NCBI GenBank assembly: GCA_024137785.1
Contig: JAHRHZ010000271.1
Location: 25,404,554 to 25,468,553 of the forward strand
Reading direction: 5' to 3'
DNA: 64,000 nt
Origin: Ginglymostoma cirratum
Lineage: Eukaryota
Below, piece by piece: positions 1 to 12,339 of this stretch. Numbering within the stretch: the first letter of the stretch is position 1; each line of letters begins with the position of its first letter. Below the pieces are notes generated by a model. The model ran no database searches and was not told the origin of the DNA. It saw only the letters and a list, made by a program, of their open reading frames with translations. The position numbers and the translations under genes were made by a program.

Positions 1-37
1 CTAACTTTGATTTCTGTTTTGATCCTTTCCCATTTAG

Positions 38-238
38 GATTGTCCACAGCTGGTGCCCTCTGATGAGATTCTTATCCCAGTTGGAGAGGTGAAACCAATC
101 ACATTAAAAGCACGGAACCTGCCACAGCCGCAGTCTGGGCAACGGGGATATGAATGTATACTCAATGTACAAGGAGTAACCCAACGAGTGCCAGCTCTCC
201 GATTCAACAGTTCGAGTGTTCAGTGCCAAAACAGTTCG
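38..238 (+). CDS. PLXNA2: Plexin-A2 internal coding exon (end of PSI domain and IPT), phase 0-0
   Basis: tttag|GAT...TCG|gtaaat. 201 nt: [67 protein letters not shown]. Closest to recalled plexin-A2 ([32 protein letters not shown]) rather than A1 or A4. Confidence 0.95.
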
Positions 239-475
239 GTAAATAGATAATTTGTCTCTGACTTGATGTATTCAGTTTGTAGTCATGCAGAAGTTAAGTA
301 TAAGTCAGATTTTAGTCTAGACATTGCCACAGCACACCATATTAAGTATTGATCATTCTGAAGGAATGGCCATGCTCCTTCATAATCTACAAGAGATTAA
401 CTAAATTGGAATCTTTTAAAACTTGAACCAATTTTGTTCACTAGATTTAACCGTAAGGCGATTATGTTGAATAAA

Positions 476-589
476 CAAAAACCTTTCTGCTCTGAGGAAG
501 GGTCACCGGACCCAAAACATTAACATGGATTTTTCTTCACAGATGCTGCCAGACCTGCTGAGCTTTTCCATCAACTTCTGTTTTTGAAC
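476..589 (+). mobile_element. PLE 3' end fragment (second family) with decayed hammerhead motif
   Basis: CTGAGGAAGGGTCACCGGACCC(A)AAAC..cacagatgctgccagacctgctgagcttttcc, similar to 40278-40375. TSD GTTGAATAAA at 466-475 and 590-599. Confidence 0.8.
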
Positions 590-1420
590 GTTGAATAAAT
601 GACAGCTTCCAATTGTCCATTACATGGAAACTGATAAAGAATCTGCTATGTTGATTAAATGCTAATTGTGTGGTTTAGGTGTAATCAAGTACAGGAGCCA
701 TAACCCATTAGAGAAGCAAAAGCTGCAGCATGAAATTTTAGTAAAAACCAATAAGATAAAGCCATCTATGTCATCATTTTGTTGTGGATACTATCTGAAA
801 CTTTTTTTTCCAATACAGGGGGATGAAGTTTTGTTTTGATGTGGATTAAAGATCAAGAATATAATTCATTAATTTTTCAGAAAACGTTAAATATTTTGTA
901 TAATTACTTCAATTGATTGCTAACTGGCCAATTAGTTTTTCAGTTATAAGAGAATACAATGAAAGATGAATTAATAAGTTCACAATACCTTAATGCTTAA
1001 ATCAGGATTTATATAATGTTCATAAACTAAAAACAACCGATTGGCAAATAGTTGAATTATGTGCTATTTAAGCATTTATTCAGCAACTACATCCGCCCTT
1101 ATTTTAACAACTTCAGAAACATGACATGGTCTCTTCATCTTTCATCATTTTGTAGAATTTCAGGAGTGTGCAACTCTTTACCTTCCCAAATTTTTTGTTT
1201 ATTTTGCACAAGCTGGTGTTTTATTACTTGATGTTACTCGGTTGCTGCTGCTGATTTAGTCCATTTTCAGTTTGATGCTAAAATCAAAGAGATAATTTGG
1301 GAATGTTTTATGTCTGGATCAGAAATACCTATGCAATGGGAAATAGTTTGATCAACAGTAATTCATTGCTTTGATAAGATTGGCTTAATTCAGAACTGAA
1401 TGCCGACAGTCAGAGAGTCT

Positions 1421-1503
1421 TGTGATTGACAGTACCTGGCAATCAATCAAAACACAAATGTGTGATTGACAGTCTATTCAACCAAGCTTTAACATGTCAG
1501 TCA
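1421..1503. promoter_or_regulatory. Cluster of PBX-PREP/MEIS-type motifs
   Basis: TGATTGACAG at 1423-1432 and 1463-1472; minus-strand TGATTGAT (atcaatca, 1442-1449); minus-strand TGACTGACA at 1495-1503. Motif match only, function not shown. Confidence 0.35.
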
Positions 1504-1749
1504 TTGTTAAGAGTGTTTTAAGTATCAGAGAGACAGTTAAGCTTTTCATTTCTATGTGAGATTAGACACTGTCTCTTTTCTCATCATAGGTTTTGTTATT
1601 GTCAGACATTTCCTTCTCAGCAATGAGATTTGTAGATATGATTGCTTATTTCTTGTGTTTGTGCTCTTCTGATCACAGATGATGTCCTTCTGACTGATCA
1701 GTCAACAGTAGCTCTCTTTATATTTTACTTTGCTAAATCAAAATCTAAG

Positions 1750-2550
1750 GGGAGAAAAAATGTAATAGGTTAAAATTCAGATTTAAACCTGGTTGGAGAA
1801 TTGAATGAGGTGCTTGAGACTTTGTGGAAGGTGACAAAGCAGAGGAATTTATAGAAGAATGGTCCAAAGTTGGGCTGAGATAGGGAAGCTCTGCCAACAG
1901 GAGGAAGGGAGAGGGGGATGCAGTGAAAACACACAATCAGAAGATCTCAGGGAATTATGGAGAGGGACACCAAAGTAAAATACAAAGATAGATTAAAATC
2001 ATTGAGGGATTTGAAGGTGGATTTTTGTCCTTAAGTACAATGCACTAAAGAGACAGGGAGGCAATATGTATCAGAAAGGCAGGAGTGAGTGAAGCAGCAT
2101 CTCTGTGGGATACTGTGGGGCAGGTTGCATTTTAGTGGTTTAGGGTTAACAAGGTGATTGTAAGCTAGCAAGTACGACCTTGAGGAACTCTAATCTGGAA
2201 ATGTGAGTAAATGTTCTGCAGCTAAGAGGCTAAACTAAGGGCAAAGACAGTCAATATTACAAAGGTAAAAGTGACTGACCTCCATGATAAATAGAATGTG
2301 AATTCTCTTCCTTCTGGAACAGAATGCTAATTGTTTGCATGGTATGGTCAGTATGACTGTGTGACTAATGAAAAGGGATAGAATATTTAACGGTACAGCA
2401 GAGTTTATCAAATGAGCAGAAATCTATTTCTTCCTCCTAATTTTCTAATCACATCTGTGTCCACATTTCCTCCCCTGAAAACTACTAGACAGTCTGACAG
2501 CACAGATGTTCTGGGGTTGGGGAACATGATGGAGAGATAGTGCAGTCAAC
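1750..2550 (-). mobile_element. Highly degraded L2-like LINE
   Basis: Purine-rich tract resembling 30730-31545 in composition and motifs. Approximate boundaries. Confidence 0.35.
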
Positions 2551-4451
2551 TTCTGATAGCTATGTTCAAAATATGTATTATTAAAACCATCCTGTACAGC
2601 CAGGAACACGTGCTCACAGCGCTTGGTTACCTCAAAATTGCCCTAGAAAATGTAGTCGTAAATGTACAGAGTAGAAGTGTGCATGTTTAAGGTAGCAAAT
2701 TGTAAGTGGTAGTCTGAGAGAGCTTCATAGTCTGTTAAGTAGTCTTTGACCTGCGTGTACTACAAGTGGCTGATGGCCTGGCCTGACAAAGCAGTATCCT
2801 TTGAAAAGTCTGTGGTTGCAAGGTCTAAAGCTTTATACTTGTACAAAACAGGCTTTCAAAGAACAGAAGGCTACTTCATCAAGAATTACAATAGCAGAGA
2901 GGTGTGTAATTATATGGGGCACTGACATGGCTGCTTCTGAAATAGAATTCTTATCTTGGATTTAACTAGATGTGCCCTATCAGTCTGTGTCGTTCAAAGG
3001 GTGGCAGGGGCACTGAAGGCAATAATAGGAGAAACCAAATTCTGTTATCAGCAACTGTCAGCTTTCAGGACTCTGCAGCTGAACTGAATTCAGGATGAGT
3101 CACACATACTCAATGCAAACTGAGTGTGGGCTGGTGTAGGATCATTGTTCTAAGGTTACCACCTTGATTTTAAATAAGGTCCGTGAGTTACTGTGTGAAC
3201 ATAGCATTCGTGATTAAATTGTTGGAGGACTTTCTCACAAGTAAATAAGAAGTGAATAACAGCACCCATTTGCATTTTTTTTGGTTGAAGGAGGCTTTCT
3301 TTTAAAGATGAAGTAAGCAAGTTTTGCCAATAATTCCTTCAGTGTCTTAAGCCATACACATTAGAAGGATTCCAGATTGACTTCTAGTTTGTGTGAAGTT
3401 CGTAAATATTTAGTGCAGAGTCAGTAAAGGTACAACTGTTGGTATTCTTATGAGTTATGGAGGGTAGAATGGCTGCAGTTTCTATTAGTGACTTGTGTTT
3501 AGTGACACAGACATTATTGTCATATAATGATGTGTAATATGTTAGGAATCACATTTGTAGCTTCACAGTAGTAATGATGAAAATTATCTACTTCCTGTGA
3601 TGAGGTATGTGCTAGATTTCTGCTGAAATCCTGAAACAGACATAACTCTAAACTGTACGTAGAACATAGAAGTAGGTGACGGTGAAAACAACATACCCTC
3701 TAAGAAACAAACAAACATCTGAAGTGATGACTATGAATTCCAAAGATGAGTTTTGAAGCTCAGTCAATCCCTGAGCCTCAAACACAGAACTTGTTGCTGT
3801 GATTGACCATTTTCCTGTTGAACTATCAAGCTTGTCTCGTGTATTGTGAGCAGCTAAACAAATGACCCAAAGGAGGGCATTGATGCTTCTTTCACCACCT
3901 TATTGGAGCTACAGGTTGGACGAGCGATTCTTATTACCATGGCTGTAAAAGAAACTGATCTGCAATCAAACGATGGGTATTTTTATAGAGGGGGAAACCA
4001 TTGCTTTTTGGCAATGCAAGGTAGGGTTCAACTGCTTTACCATCATGAGAATCCCAGCCTGGAAATGGTCACAAGTCACGTCCAGAGAGCAGGCTAGTTT
4101 AAAGCCGAATTAGTGTTGAAGCAGAGATTGGCTTTGCTTGAGACCATTATGTTGCTAGATGAATTTAATACTTTAACTGTAAGGCTGAGTATAAGTTCAG
4201 TTAGTATGGAAAGGTGTTTTTCCTAACATGATTTTTTTTCTGGCAGAAGAAAGACTTTGGGCAGATTAATATGACATACTAGAAACAAGAAGAAAAAGTC
4301 ATTGTAATGTCAGTGATCTCTGCTATCTTCTACAGCAGCCACTTTGTTTTAAAATGACATGTAGAATGTTTGAATTACCAAATTTGGTTTTAAAAATATT
4401 ATTAATGAAGTATCAAACTTATGTGTGTGTTTTTCTGAACTCTTATTTCAG

Positions 4452-4548
4452 TACCACTATGATACAATGGACATCAGTGACCTGCCCATTGAGTTTTCAG
4501 TGGTGTGGAATGGCAACTTCATCATTGACAATCCAGCAGACATCAAAG
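4452..4548 (+). CDS. PLXNA2: Plexin-A2 internal coding exon, phase 0-1
   Basis: tttcag|TAC...AAA G|gtataa. 97 nt: [32 protein letters not shown]. Frame not given in the ORF track. Confidence 0.94.
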
Positions 4549-6944
4549 GTATAAGTACAGCCAATATAAGCATAGGCTCCTTCTAACTCTGCAGCTACCT
4601 TTCTGGGATCAAAGATGCATTTTAACCTGCAGCTCTCAGTTCTGTGAGCCATGGTGCCATCCATACCAATTTGACACCTGCTTCAAGGGAGGGAATGTAG
4701 ATTTCGTTGGAGTTTGAACTTACCAGTCAGAAGTATGGGGTTTGGTGGATCTTGGGTACTGTGCTGTGAAAACCTGGTGATTGAGCTTCCCCAACATACT
4801 GCCAGAGATTTAATTCCAAATTATGCATAAGTATGACTCGTGAGGTTTCCCACAGGGAACTAAGTGGTATGCAGTTTGGATTTAGACCCTTAACGTTATA
4901 AGATCACCAACAACACCCATCCTTTACTAAAATTCGTTCTATAGTTCATTTTTTTCTTGTGTTGCTCATCATATTGTGGCCTGAAGCAGGTTTATTTTGC
5001 TACAGAATGATTTGCATTAAATAATCTCTCTTGTGCATGGTTCAAAGGCTTTTGTTTCTCACACCGCCAACAAAGTCTCTACACTCTGAAATGCAGGACC
5101 CTGAATTTTATGAAAGTATCTCTTACCTGACTCTAATCATCAGTGTTAATTATATGCATCTTGCTTTCTTCAAATTAAATTTCCTGCCCATGCACAATGA
5201 CCCACTGTGTGATCAACCAGGCAGACTGTTGACTCTTCCTAAAGCTCTTGACGATGCAACATAACTCTGGACTATTTTAAAAACAATATATAGGATTGAT
5301 ACACTTGCCTTGCTGCCAAACATTTTCCTTAAATGTTTGGGTTTTTTTTTGAGTAACATGTTTTCTGCTGTTTTGGGGTGGTACCTCTCATTGCTTATCT
5401 GGGATAATTAATTCTGATTCTAGTGTTCTGCTCCATGTTTGGTCTCCATGCCATGATAATATTTATGTAATGATGGCATCAGGTGTGAAACACATTAGTT
5501 CCAACTTCATACTGAATATGTTGATGTGGAAAAAGACAACCTCTAACTGCAAATACTCTGTTGATCTTTGGTGCAACCAAATGATAACACCAATGAGTAT
5601 AGCACCACTCATTTCTCCTCTTAAACAGCCTTCTACACCCTGAATCTAATATTCATTGGTTAGAACATGTTGACTTATCTTGGGACACTCTAAACTGATG
5701 CAGTATTTGCGTATATGACATCTTTGAGTACAAAAATGGAAAGCAGCTCGGTAACCTGTTGCCTGAGAAAATCTATCTTTTATTTGAGGTTCACATTTGT
5801 TCCTATAGTGAGGTGTGAATACTAATATTCTAGTTGGAGATAAAAGGCTCATGCCAGTTTTTTTTTGTGTTTAACTTGCACAACTTACTGCTGGTGAACA
5901 TATTTCAAATACAATAGGGCTGGATAGCAAAGTTTTGAAATTGACATTAATACCATCAGATGTTTTACATGTCACTACGTTATTAGGGTTCACTCTGTGC
6001 TAAGCGATGCCTGCTGTTCTCTAATGTCTTTGTATAATGTATATCCCTCACTTTAGCATTTTATTAAACTGCTTTCTCTCTGAATTCCAAAGCACTTTTA
6101 GTGTCTGAGAGATCTGCTTAATCTTGCCATGTATGAGCAGAGTATCCACTCTTTATGCAAGAAGGAATATTTTGCTTCAGAATGACAACATTGATTTTAA
6201 AATGTCAGACAAAATTAATTTGTGTTTTTTGTTATGTTAATGAAATTATTGGATAATTTCTATATATTCATGCCTTCAACAGAGGTAATATTTCTTCCTC
6301 TTTTAGACAAAAGAATGCAATGCCAAAATGATTTATAAACAAACCCCTAAAGGAAGACTACCAGTGTGCATATGGTGTTGTAAAGATGTTCCTTTTGAAT
6401 GTCTGACATTGTCCTCTAACGTTCCTTCAAGTGACAATTTCGGTTATATCAGTTTTATGACTAAATATTAAATATTGCCAGAAAACATTCAAATACCCAA
6501 CTAGCTAACTTGAAAAATTGGATAATACTAGAAAGGTAGGATTTAGTTATTCAAATGATATACAATGTGATTTTCTGCTTTTGTGGAAAAGATTGTTTCT
6601 GATGAAGATGAAATTTGACATGTAGACCATGAAGGTGAAAACCTGAATGCCCTAATTTTCAAAATGACTAACATGCTGCTGCTTTTGGATTATTTAGTTC
6701 CTATTACATTATCTGGTGATATTGAAAGGAGTCTAAAAGACTGCTGTATCACTTTGGTAAGCATGAGCCAACTGCTGTCCCTATTATTTTGTTGCCCAAA
6801 AGGAGCACTCGAGCCTTTCACGCAGGTGTTCTTCTCTTGTGTGACAGACAAAAGACGGGAGTTGACTCAGAATTTATCAAACAAGCATTTGTTCATTTAA
6901 CCCTTTAGATACTGATACTCAATATAAAACGTACATACATTTAC

Positions 6945-7055
6945 TTCCTACTTCATCTAATTTAACTTCAACTTTAACTCACCATTCAACTTTGCTTTAA
7001 TTTTAACTTCATTCATATTTAATGCTAACTTTAACCTCAAAAGTTTGACTTGAAA
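6945..7055 (+). repeat. Degenerate hexamer (TTTAAC/TTCAAC) low-complexity tract
   Basis: tttaacttcaactttaactcaccattcaactttgctttaattttaacttc..aactttaacc. Confidence 0.6.
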
Positions 7056-7305
7056 TAAATACCGCTCCAATTTGAGTGAAGTGGCCAACTTTGCTCTCAG
7101 TGTAGGCCCTGCCTTGTGGTTCTTTGTCTTCTCTGAAGATGACATCAAGACACATGCTTCTCAAATGTTGGTGTCACTCCTGCAAAATCCTTTGTTCCAC
7201 TAAAATGTGTTCTGTTTCCGAAATGTCTCTGGCGCTCAGAACTCTGAATTGACCAAACCCTGATCGCAATATTCAATCCTAGCCTATGGAGTTAAATGTT
7301 TATAC

Positions 7306-7497
7306 AGTGTGGAGCTGGAGGAACACAGCAGGCCATGCAGCATCAGAGGAGCAGGAAAGTTGACGTTTTGGGTCAGTACCCTTCTTCAGAAAGAAGAAAT
7401 GTCAACTTTCCTGCTCCTCTAATGCTGCTTGCTATGTTGCTCCAGCTCCACACTGTGTTGTCTCTGACTCAAGCGTCTGCGGTTCTTGCTCTGTCCC
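7306..7497. mobile_element. Short palindromic PLE-derived insertion
   Basis: Two inverted copies of the PLE 3' end (gtgtggagctggaggaacacagc... / ...ctccagctccacactgtg). TSD AAATGTTTATAC at 7294-7305 and 7498-7509. Confidence 0.85.
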
Positions 7498-7579
7498 AAA
7501 TGTTTATACCGAGTCATAAACAGCCACATTCCATGCTTCATATAAGGTAATAGCTGTGCCAGTATGTCTAGCAAACCAC

Positions 7580-8920
7580 CATGACATCTCCCTTAATTGA
7601 TCAACATAGGAAATTGCATGGCACAGCACACAGGACAGGTCACAACATGATCTGGCTACAGTTTTAACCTTAGTCAGAGTTTAACCTAGCTTGACCAAAG
7701 TTCCCAGCATGCTTGATTATAACTTGTAACCATTTCTCCTGCTGGCCACCTGACCACAATTTCCTTCAATATCAGATACAGACTTTGGGAAGCAAACCTA
7801 AGAAATATAAATTTGAGCATGCTGTGCATAGATGGTGAAGCCAGTTCTGATTTGACCATGTCAAGCATTGTCTCATTCTCTTGCAAAATTACCAACTACT
7901 CTAGGATCCTCTAAAAGGATAAACGTAACCCAAAATACTTTATTTTCTCTGCAACCAAACACCACTTTTAACCTCTTTTTATTGAATGCACCTGCCTCTC
8001 CTTGAATATGAAGTGTGAGGAGCTTATGGACCTTCCATTTAGCTGTCATCATTCTTTATGACTCTTCCCTTTAATAGCCGTCCATAGACAAGGACAGGTT
8101 TCTACTTGTATCTTGGTGAAGCATACATCTTCCTCTGCATTATCATTATAGATCCATGCGCTTCTTCTGCGACATTCATGCTTGAGTGAATATAATTTTC
8201 TCCAGCTGAATGTAACTTTTTCCAGCTAAACATTAAAAGGACAGAAGCCGTTATATTTAGCCCCCCACCACAAATGCAGTATCTTTGCTACCTGACTAAT
8301 TTCAGCCTCTCTATCTGCTGCAGGGCTTAACCAGACTGCTTGCAACTTCAGTGTCCTGTTTTACCCTAATCTCATGTCTTCTCTACCTCTACTTGCCTCT
8401 ACTCCTTTTTCAGCCCAATATCCATTGCATGTATTGTTCATATTTTTGTTAATTACAGACTCAATTCTGCTAAGGTCCTCCTGGCCGATCTCATAGCCTC
8501 CCTCCTGTGAACGCATTAGATGATTCACACCCAGATTCTATCCTGCCAAAGACCCACTCTCAATCATCCTGGTCTTGCTGATGCACACTGCCCTTGCTGT
8601 GTTTAAATTTCTCCTTGGTTTCATCTCTCACTGTCTAATACAATGCCAACCCCACTTTCCCATGAATGCCTCATTCCTTTCAAGAAGCTCCTTGTATGAT
8701 ACCTCCTGCTTTCTTAATTTGTGGCTATGCTTCAGTGGTCTAGCTCCTTTACTCTGGAATTGCTTCACCATACTCTCTTCCACACCCCGCACACCTTTGT
8801 CTCTTGCTTCTCTTCAAAATCTGTTTTGGATTTTTGCTCACGTTTTCTTCGCCTTCTTTAGACCAGTGTCTCGTGATTCTTCATTATGCCTGTGTGATCC
8901 ACCTAGATTTTTTTAAGCAG
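7580..8920 (+). mobile_element. Highly degraded L2-like LINE
   Basis: Pyrimidine-rich plus strand with L2-like remnants (ccagactgcttgcaacttcagtgtcctgtt..; ttcagtggtctagctcctttactctggaattgc). Approximate boundaries. Confidence 0.45.
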
Positions 8921-9629
8921 TGAAACCAATGCATGAATGCAAATCATGGCTGCCAAAAGCTGTAGCCCATCACTGCATGTGCTGCCTTGAATTTTATTAA
9001 GTCACAGATTTCCATCGCAGTATTGGTTTATTGAGCAGACATAAAAAGTAAATACAATTGTGTTACAGATTGAATAAAAGCTTTTCTTAATTAATGAGGA
9101 AATGTGAGGGCTTAAGATGGATCTTAAAAGTTGTTAGTGCTGATAAAGTTTCAGAAATAAAGTGGCAGATGGTATCTGTAGCAAGAGTAATGATCTTAGC
9201 AGTATTTTTGTAAACCTTTTCCAATATCATAACATTTTTCTCAGCATGAAGGCAACACTCCCCATCTCTTCCCGCCTACATCAGTTGAACAGTGTCACTT
9301 CACCAGCATATCTTGATTGTTGCTCCTTCATGTCACCCATCTATTTCCGACATTGAAATAAAGTGAGCCCTTGCCTAAGTTTATTTATCACAAATCTTGC
9401 ATTCAAGGCAGAATAATGTATCAAATGCCTGGGACCCAATGTAAATATGGGCGTCTGGTAGCACTTGCTACAATGCAGAACACTTTCATGGAATGTTGGG
9501 AATTGTAATGAATTGTAAATGTGAGGTGTGAGGGGGGATGTTGAATGTTCTTCTTGAGCAGAGCCCCTAAGAATTCTTAATGCCATATCACAATTGAGCT
9601 GGAAACCTTTCCCTGCAATTCTGATTAGA

Positions 9630-10185
9630 ATTTTTTTTATTCATTCATGGGATGAGGGCGTCACTGACTAGGCAGCATTTATTGCCCATCCCTAATTGCC
9701 TAGAGGGCAGTTCAGAATCAACCATATTGCTGTGGGTCCGGACCCACATGTAGGCCAGACCAGGTAAGGATGGCAGTTTTCTTCCCTAAAGGACATTAGT
9801 GAACCAGATGGGTTCTTCCAACAATTGACAATGGATTCACGGCCATCATTAGACCCTTAATTCCAGATATTTATTGAGTTCAAATTCCACATCTGTCATG
9901 GTGGGATTTGAACCCAGGTCCCCAGAACATTATCTGGGTCAACAGAGATAACAAGCATGGGGCTGGATGAACACAGCAGGCCAAGCAGCATCACAGGAGC
10001 AGGAAAACTTGACGTTTCAGGCCTAAACCCTTAATCAGAAATGGGGGAGGGGAAGAGGGTTCTGAAATAAATAGGGAGAGAGGGGGAGGCGGATAGAGGA
10101 TGGATAGAGGAGAGGATAGGTGGAGAGGAGGCAGACATTATCTGGGTCTCTGGATTAACAGTCCAGTGATAATACCACTAGGTCA
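9630..10185 (-). mobile_element. tRNA-derived SINE, interrupted by a PLE fragment
   Basis: Minus strand has an A-box-like cctagtggtatt and B-box ggttcaaatccc head and an A-rich tail. Close copy at 24815-25141. Confidence 0.85.
9941..10134 (-). mobile_element. Single-arm PLE 3' fragment nested in a SINE
   Basis: Matches 44454-44620. TSD ACATTATCTGGGTC at 9927-9940 and 10135-10148 interrupts the host SINE. Confidence 0.88.
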
Positions 10186-10373
10186 ACTGTGCTCATCAAT
10201 TTGGTGGTCACAGTATCAAATCCCTGTGCCCCATTTACTCTAACCTGATTTGAAATCTTTATTTACAATTTTCTGATCAGTATAGTATAACTTATTGTTG
10301 TTAAATGCTGAAGTCTAAATTCACCTAAACACTGTATGTTGCTCTTCTTTTTTGGATTCTCTCTGATTTGCAG

Positions 10374-10564
10374 TTCACCTGTACAAGTGTGATGCACTGA
10401 GAGAAAGCTGTGGTCTTTGCCTGAAAGCGAACCAGAAGTTTGAGTGTGGCTGGTGTAGTGGTGAAGGACGATGTACTCTGAGGCAACATTGCCCCATTGC
10501 TGCTTCTCAATGGTTGGATCTGTCTAGCAAAAACATGAAGTGCACCAATCCTCGTATTACAAAA
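10374..10564 (+). CDS. PLXNA2: Plexin-A2 internal coding exon (PSI domain), phase 1-0
   Basis: ttgcag|TT CAC...ACA AAA|gtaaga. 191 nt: (V)[63 protein letters not shown], with the PSI cysteine pattern (CGLC, CGWC). Confidence 0.95.
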
Positions 10565-11589
10565 GTAAGAGAAATATTATTATTTTCTATTACTCCATGA
10601 TGCCCTGTGGCATCTGATGAATAGTGTTTGTTTTTAGCTGCTCCATGAGTGCCTGGTGAGTAATACTCTCAAATAACTTTTCCCTCAGATCCATTCTTCA
10701 CAAACTTTCACATGAAGCCTGGGATATAATACTCATTTTTTCCTAATTGTTTTCTTATTGAGTGTTGTAAATCTACCATGATTCAAATAAGACTTGAATA
10801 AGGTAGAAACCTTGCTGTCATAATAAGTTTGCTGACTGCTGCTAGTTGGCTTATAACCTGATAATGCAGAGGGGTCAACAAAAACATTATCTAACAATGT
10901 TAGCCATTTAGTTTTCATGAACGCTAACCTTGTTAGATAAACCAATTGTGAGCTTTTGCGTTTGTTGGTCACATATATTCTGCTCCAGTGCACAAACTCT
11001 AATTAAACTCTGTTCAAAGTGGGGAATCTAATTAGCCCAAATTGATTGGCTCATTATATAAATGTAACATTAAGAACCTTACCCAAGGTGACTGACTTAT
11101 GTGCAGGCCAGCCATTTTAACCAACCCATCACAAAAACACTTTTCCTAAGTACGAGTATAGCTTGCTTATTTGTTGACCCAAGATCTTAATATTGACAAA
11201 CTAATTTGTATTATAGCTTCGGTTTTACAGCATGTATATGTGCTGTCTAGCTTTATGAAGTACGATTGTTCTTCAGAGTTGTTTGGCCTGGCTTGTATGT
11301 GTTTATCAGTGCCTAATGCCAAATCCTCAGGGAAGATAACTCTAAAATGAGTATAAGCTAAGCATATGACGAGATAATGAGCCAAAGTCTTTTTTGTTAG
11401 CCCTTGCAACACTGAAACTTCAAGGATTTTGCAGCTGTAATTTACTGTCGTTCAATTTAAGAAATGCACCAGACAATCACCAGTTTTTTCAGACTTTCAC
11501 AACCTTTTGAAATAACATGATTGCTTGTATTGGTGTCCTAAATAATCTGTCTCCTTCATAATGAAATAAGTTTGGAGAATCCTTGAACG

Positions 11590-11895
11590 TATGTTGGGGA
11601 AGTCCAGACTGAGGGGCCGCAGTCTAAGAATGAGGGTAAGGCATTCAGGACTGAGATAAGGAAGAATTTCTTCCCTCAGAGTTGTGACCCTATGGAAAAC
11701 TGTTGGGGCCATGTCATTACATATATTCAAAAGGGAGCTGGACATGTCCCTTATGGCTAAAGAAATTGAGGTGTATGGAGAGAAAGCAGGAGTGGGGTAC
11801 CGCATTGAATGATCAGCCATGGTTATATTGAATGGTGGTGCAGGCTCAAAGGGCCAAATGGCCTACACCCGCACCTATTTTCTGTATCTCTATAT
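11590..11895 (+). mobile_element. CR1 LINE 3' end
   Basis: ..ttcaggactgagataaggaagaatttcttc..gatcagccatggttatattgaatggtggtgcaggctcaaagggccaaatggcctac.. with tctatgt-like terminal microsatellite. Confidence 0.8.
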
Positions 11896-12339
11896 ATAGA
11901 AACATTACCTTTCTTTAAACAAAAATGACATTCTGAAGGTTAATTTTGTAATTTCCTGCCATCAAAGGCACTTATTAAATGTGCAGAAAACAATTCTGCA
12001 TGCTTCTTTGCGATCTACCTCTGCCATTTGCTTTCATGTGTGTGCATTGTTTTACCATAAATTACGTTCCATTGGTTATATGAACAATAAATCATGAAGA
12101 GCAGGTCTTAGTCACAAACAGATTATGAACAACTATTTGATGCCAGTTATCAGGCAAGATTTTATTTGTCTTGGCATCAAAACCAAACCAAAACTGTGAA
12201 CCATCAATGAAATGTTGCTCAGGTGTAAAGCAGCTTCTGCATATATCTTGCCCCACTGTCCTCTCGCAAGGTATAATGGAATAACTCTCCATTTGTTTGC
12301 CATCCATAATCCATGTCACACACTGTTTAATCTGTATCC

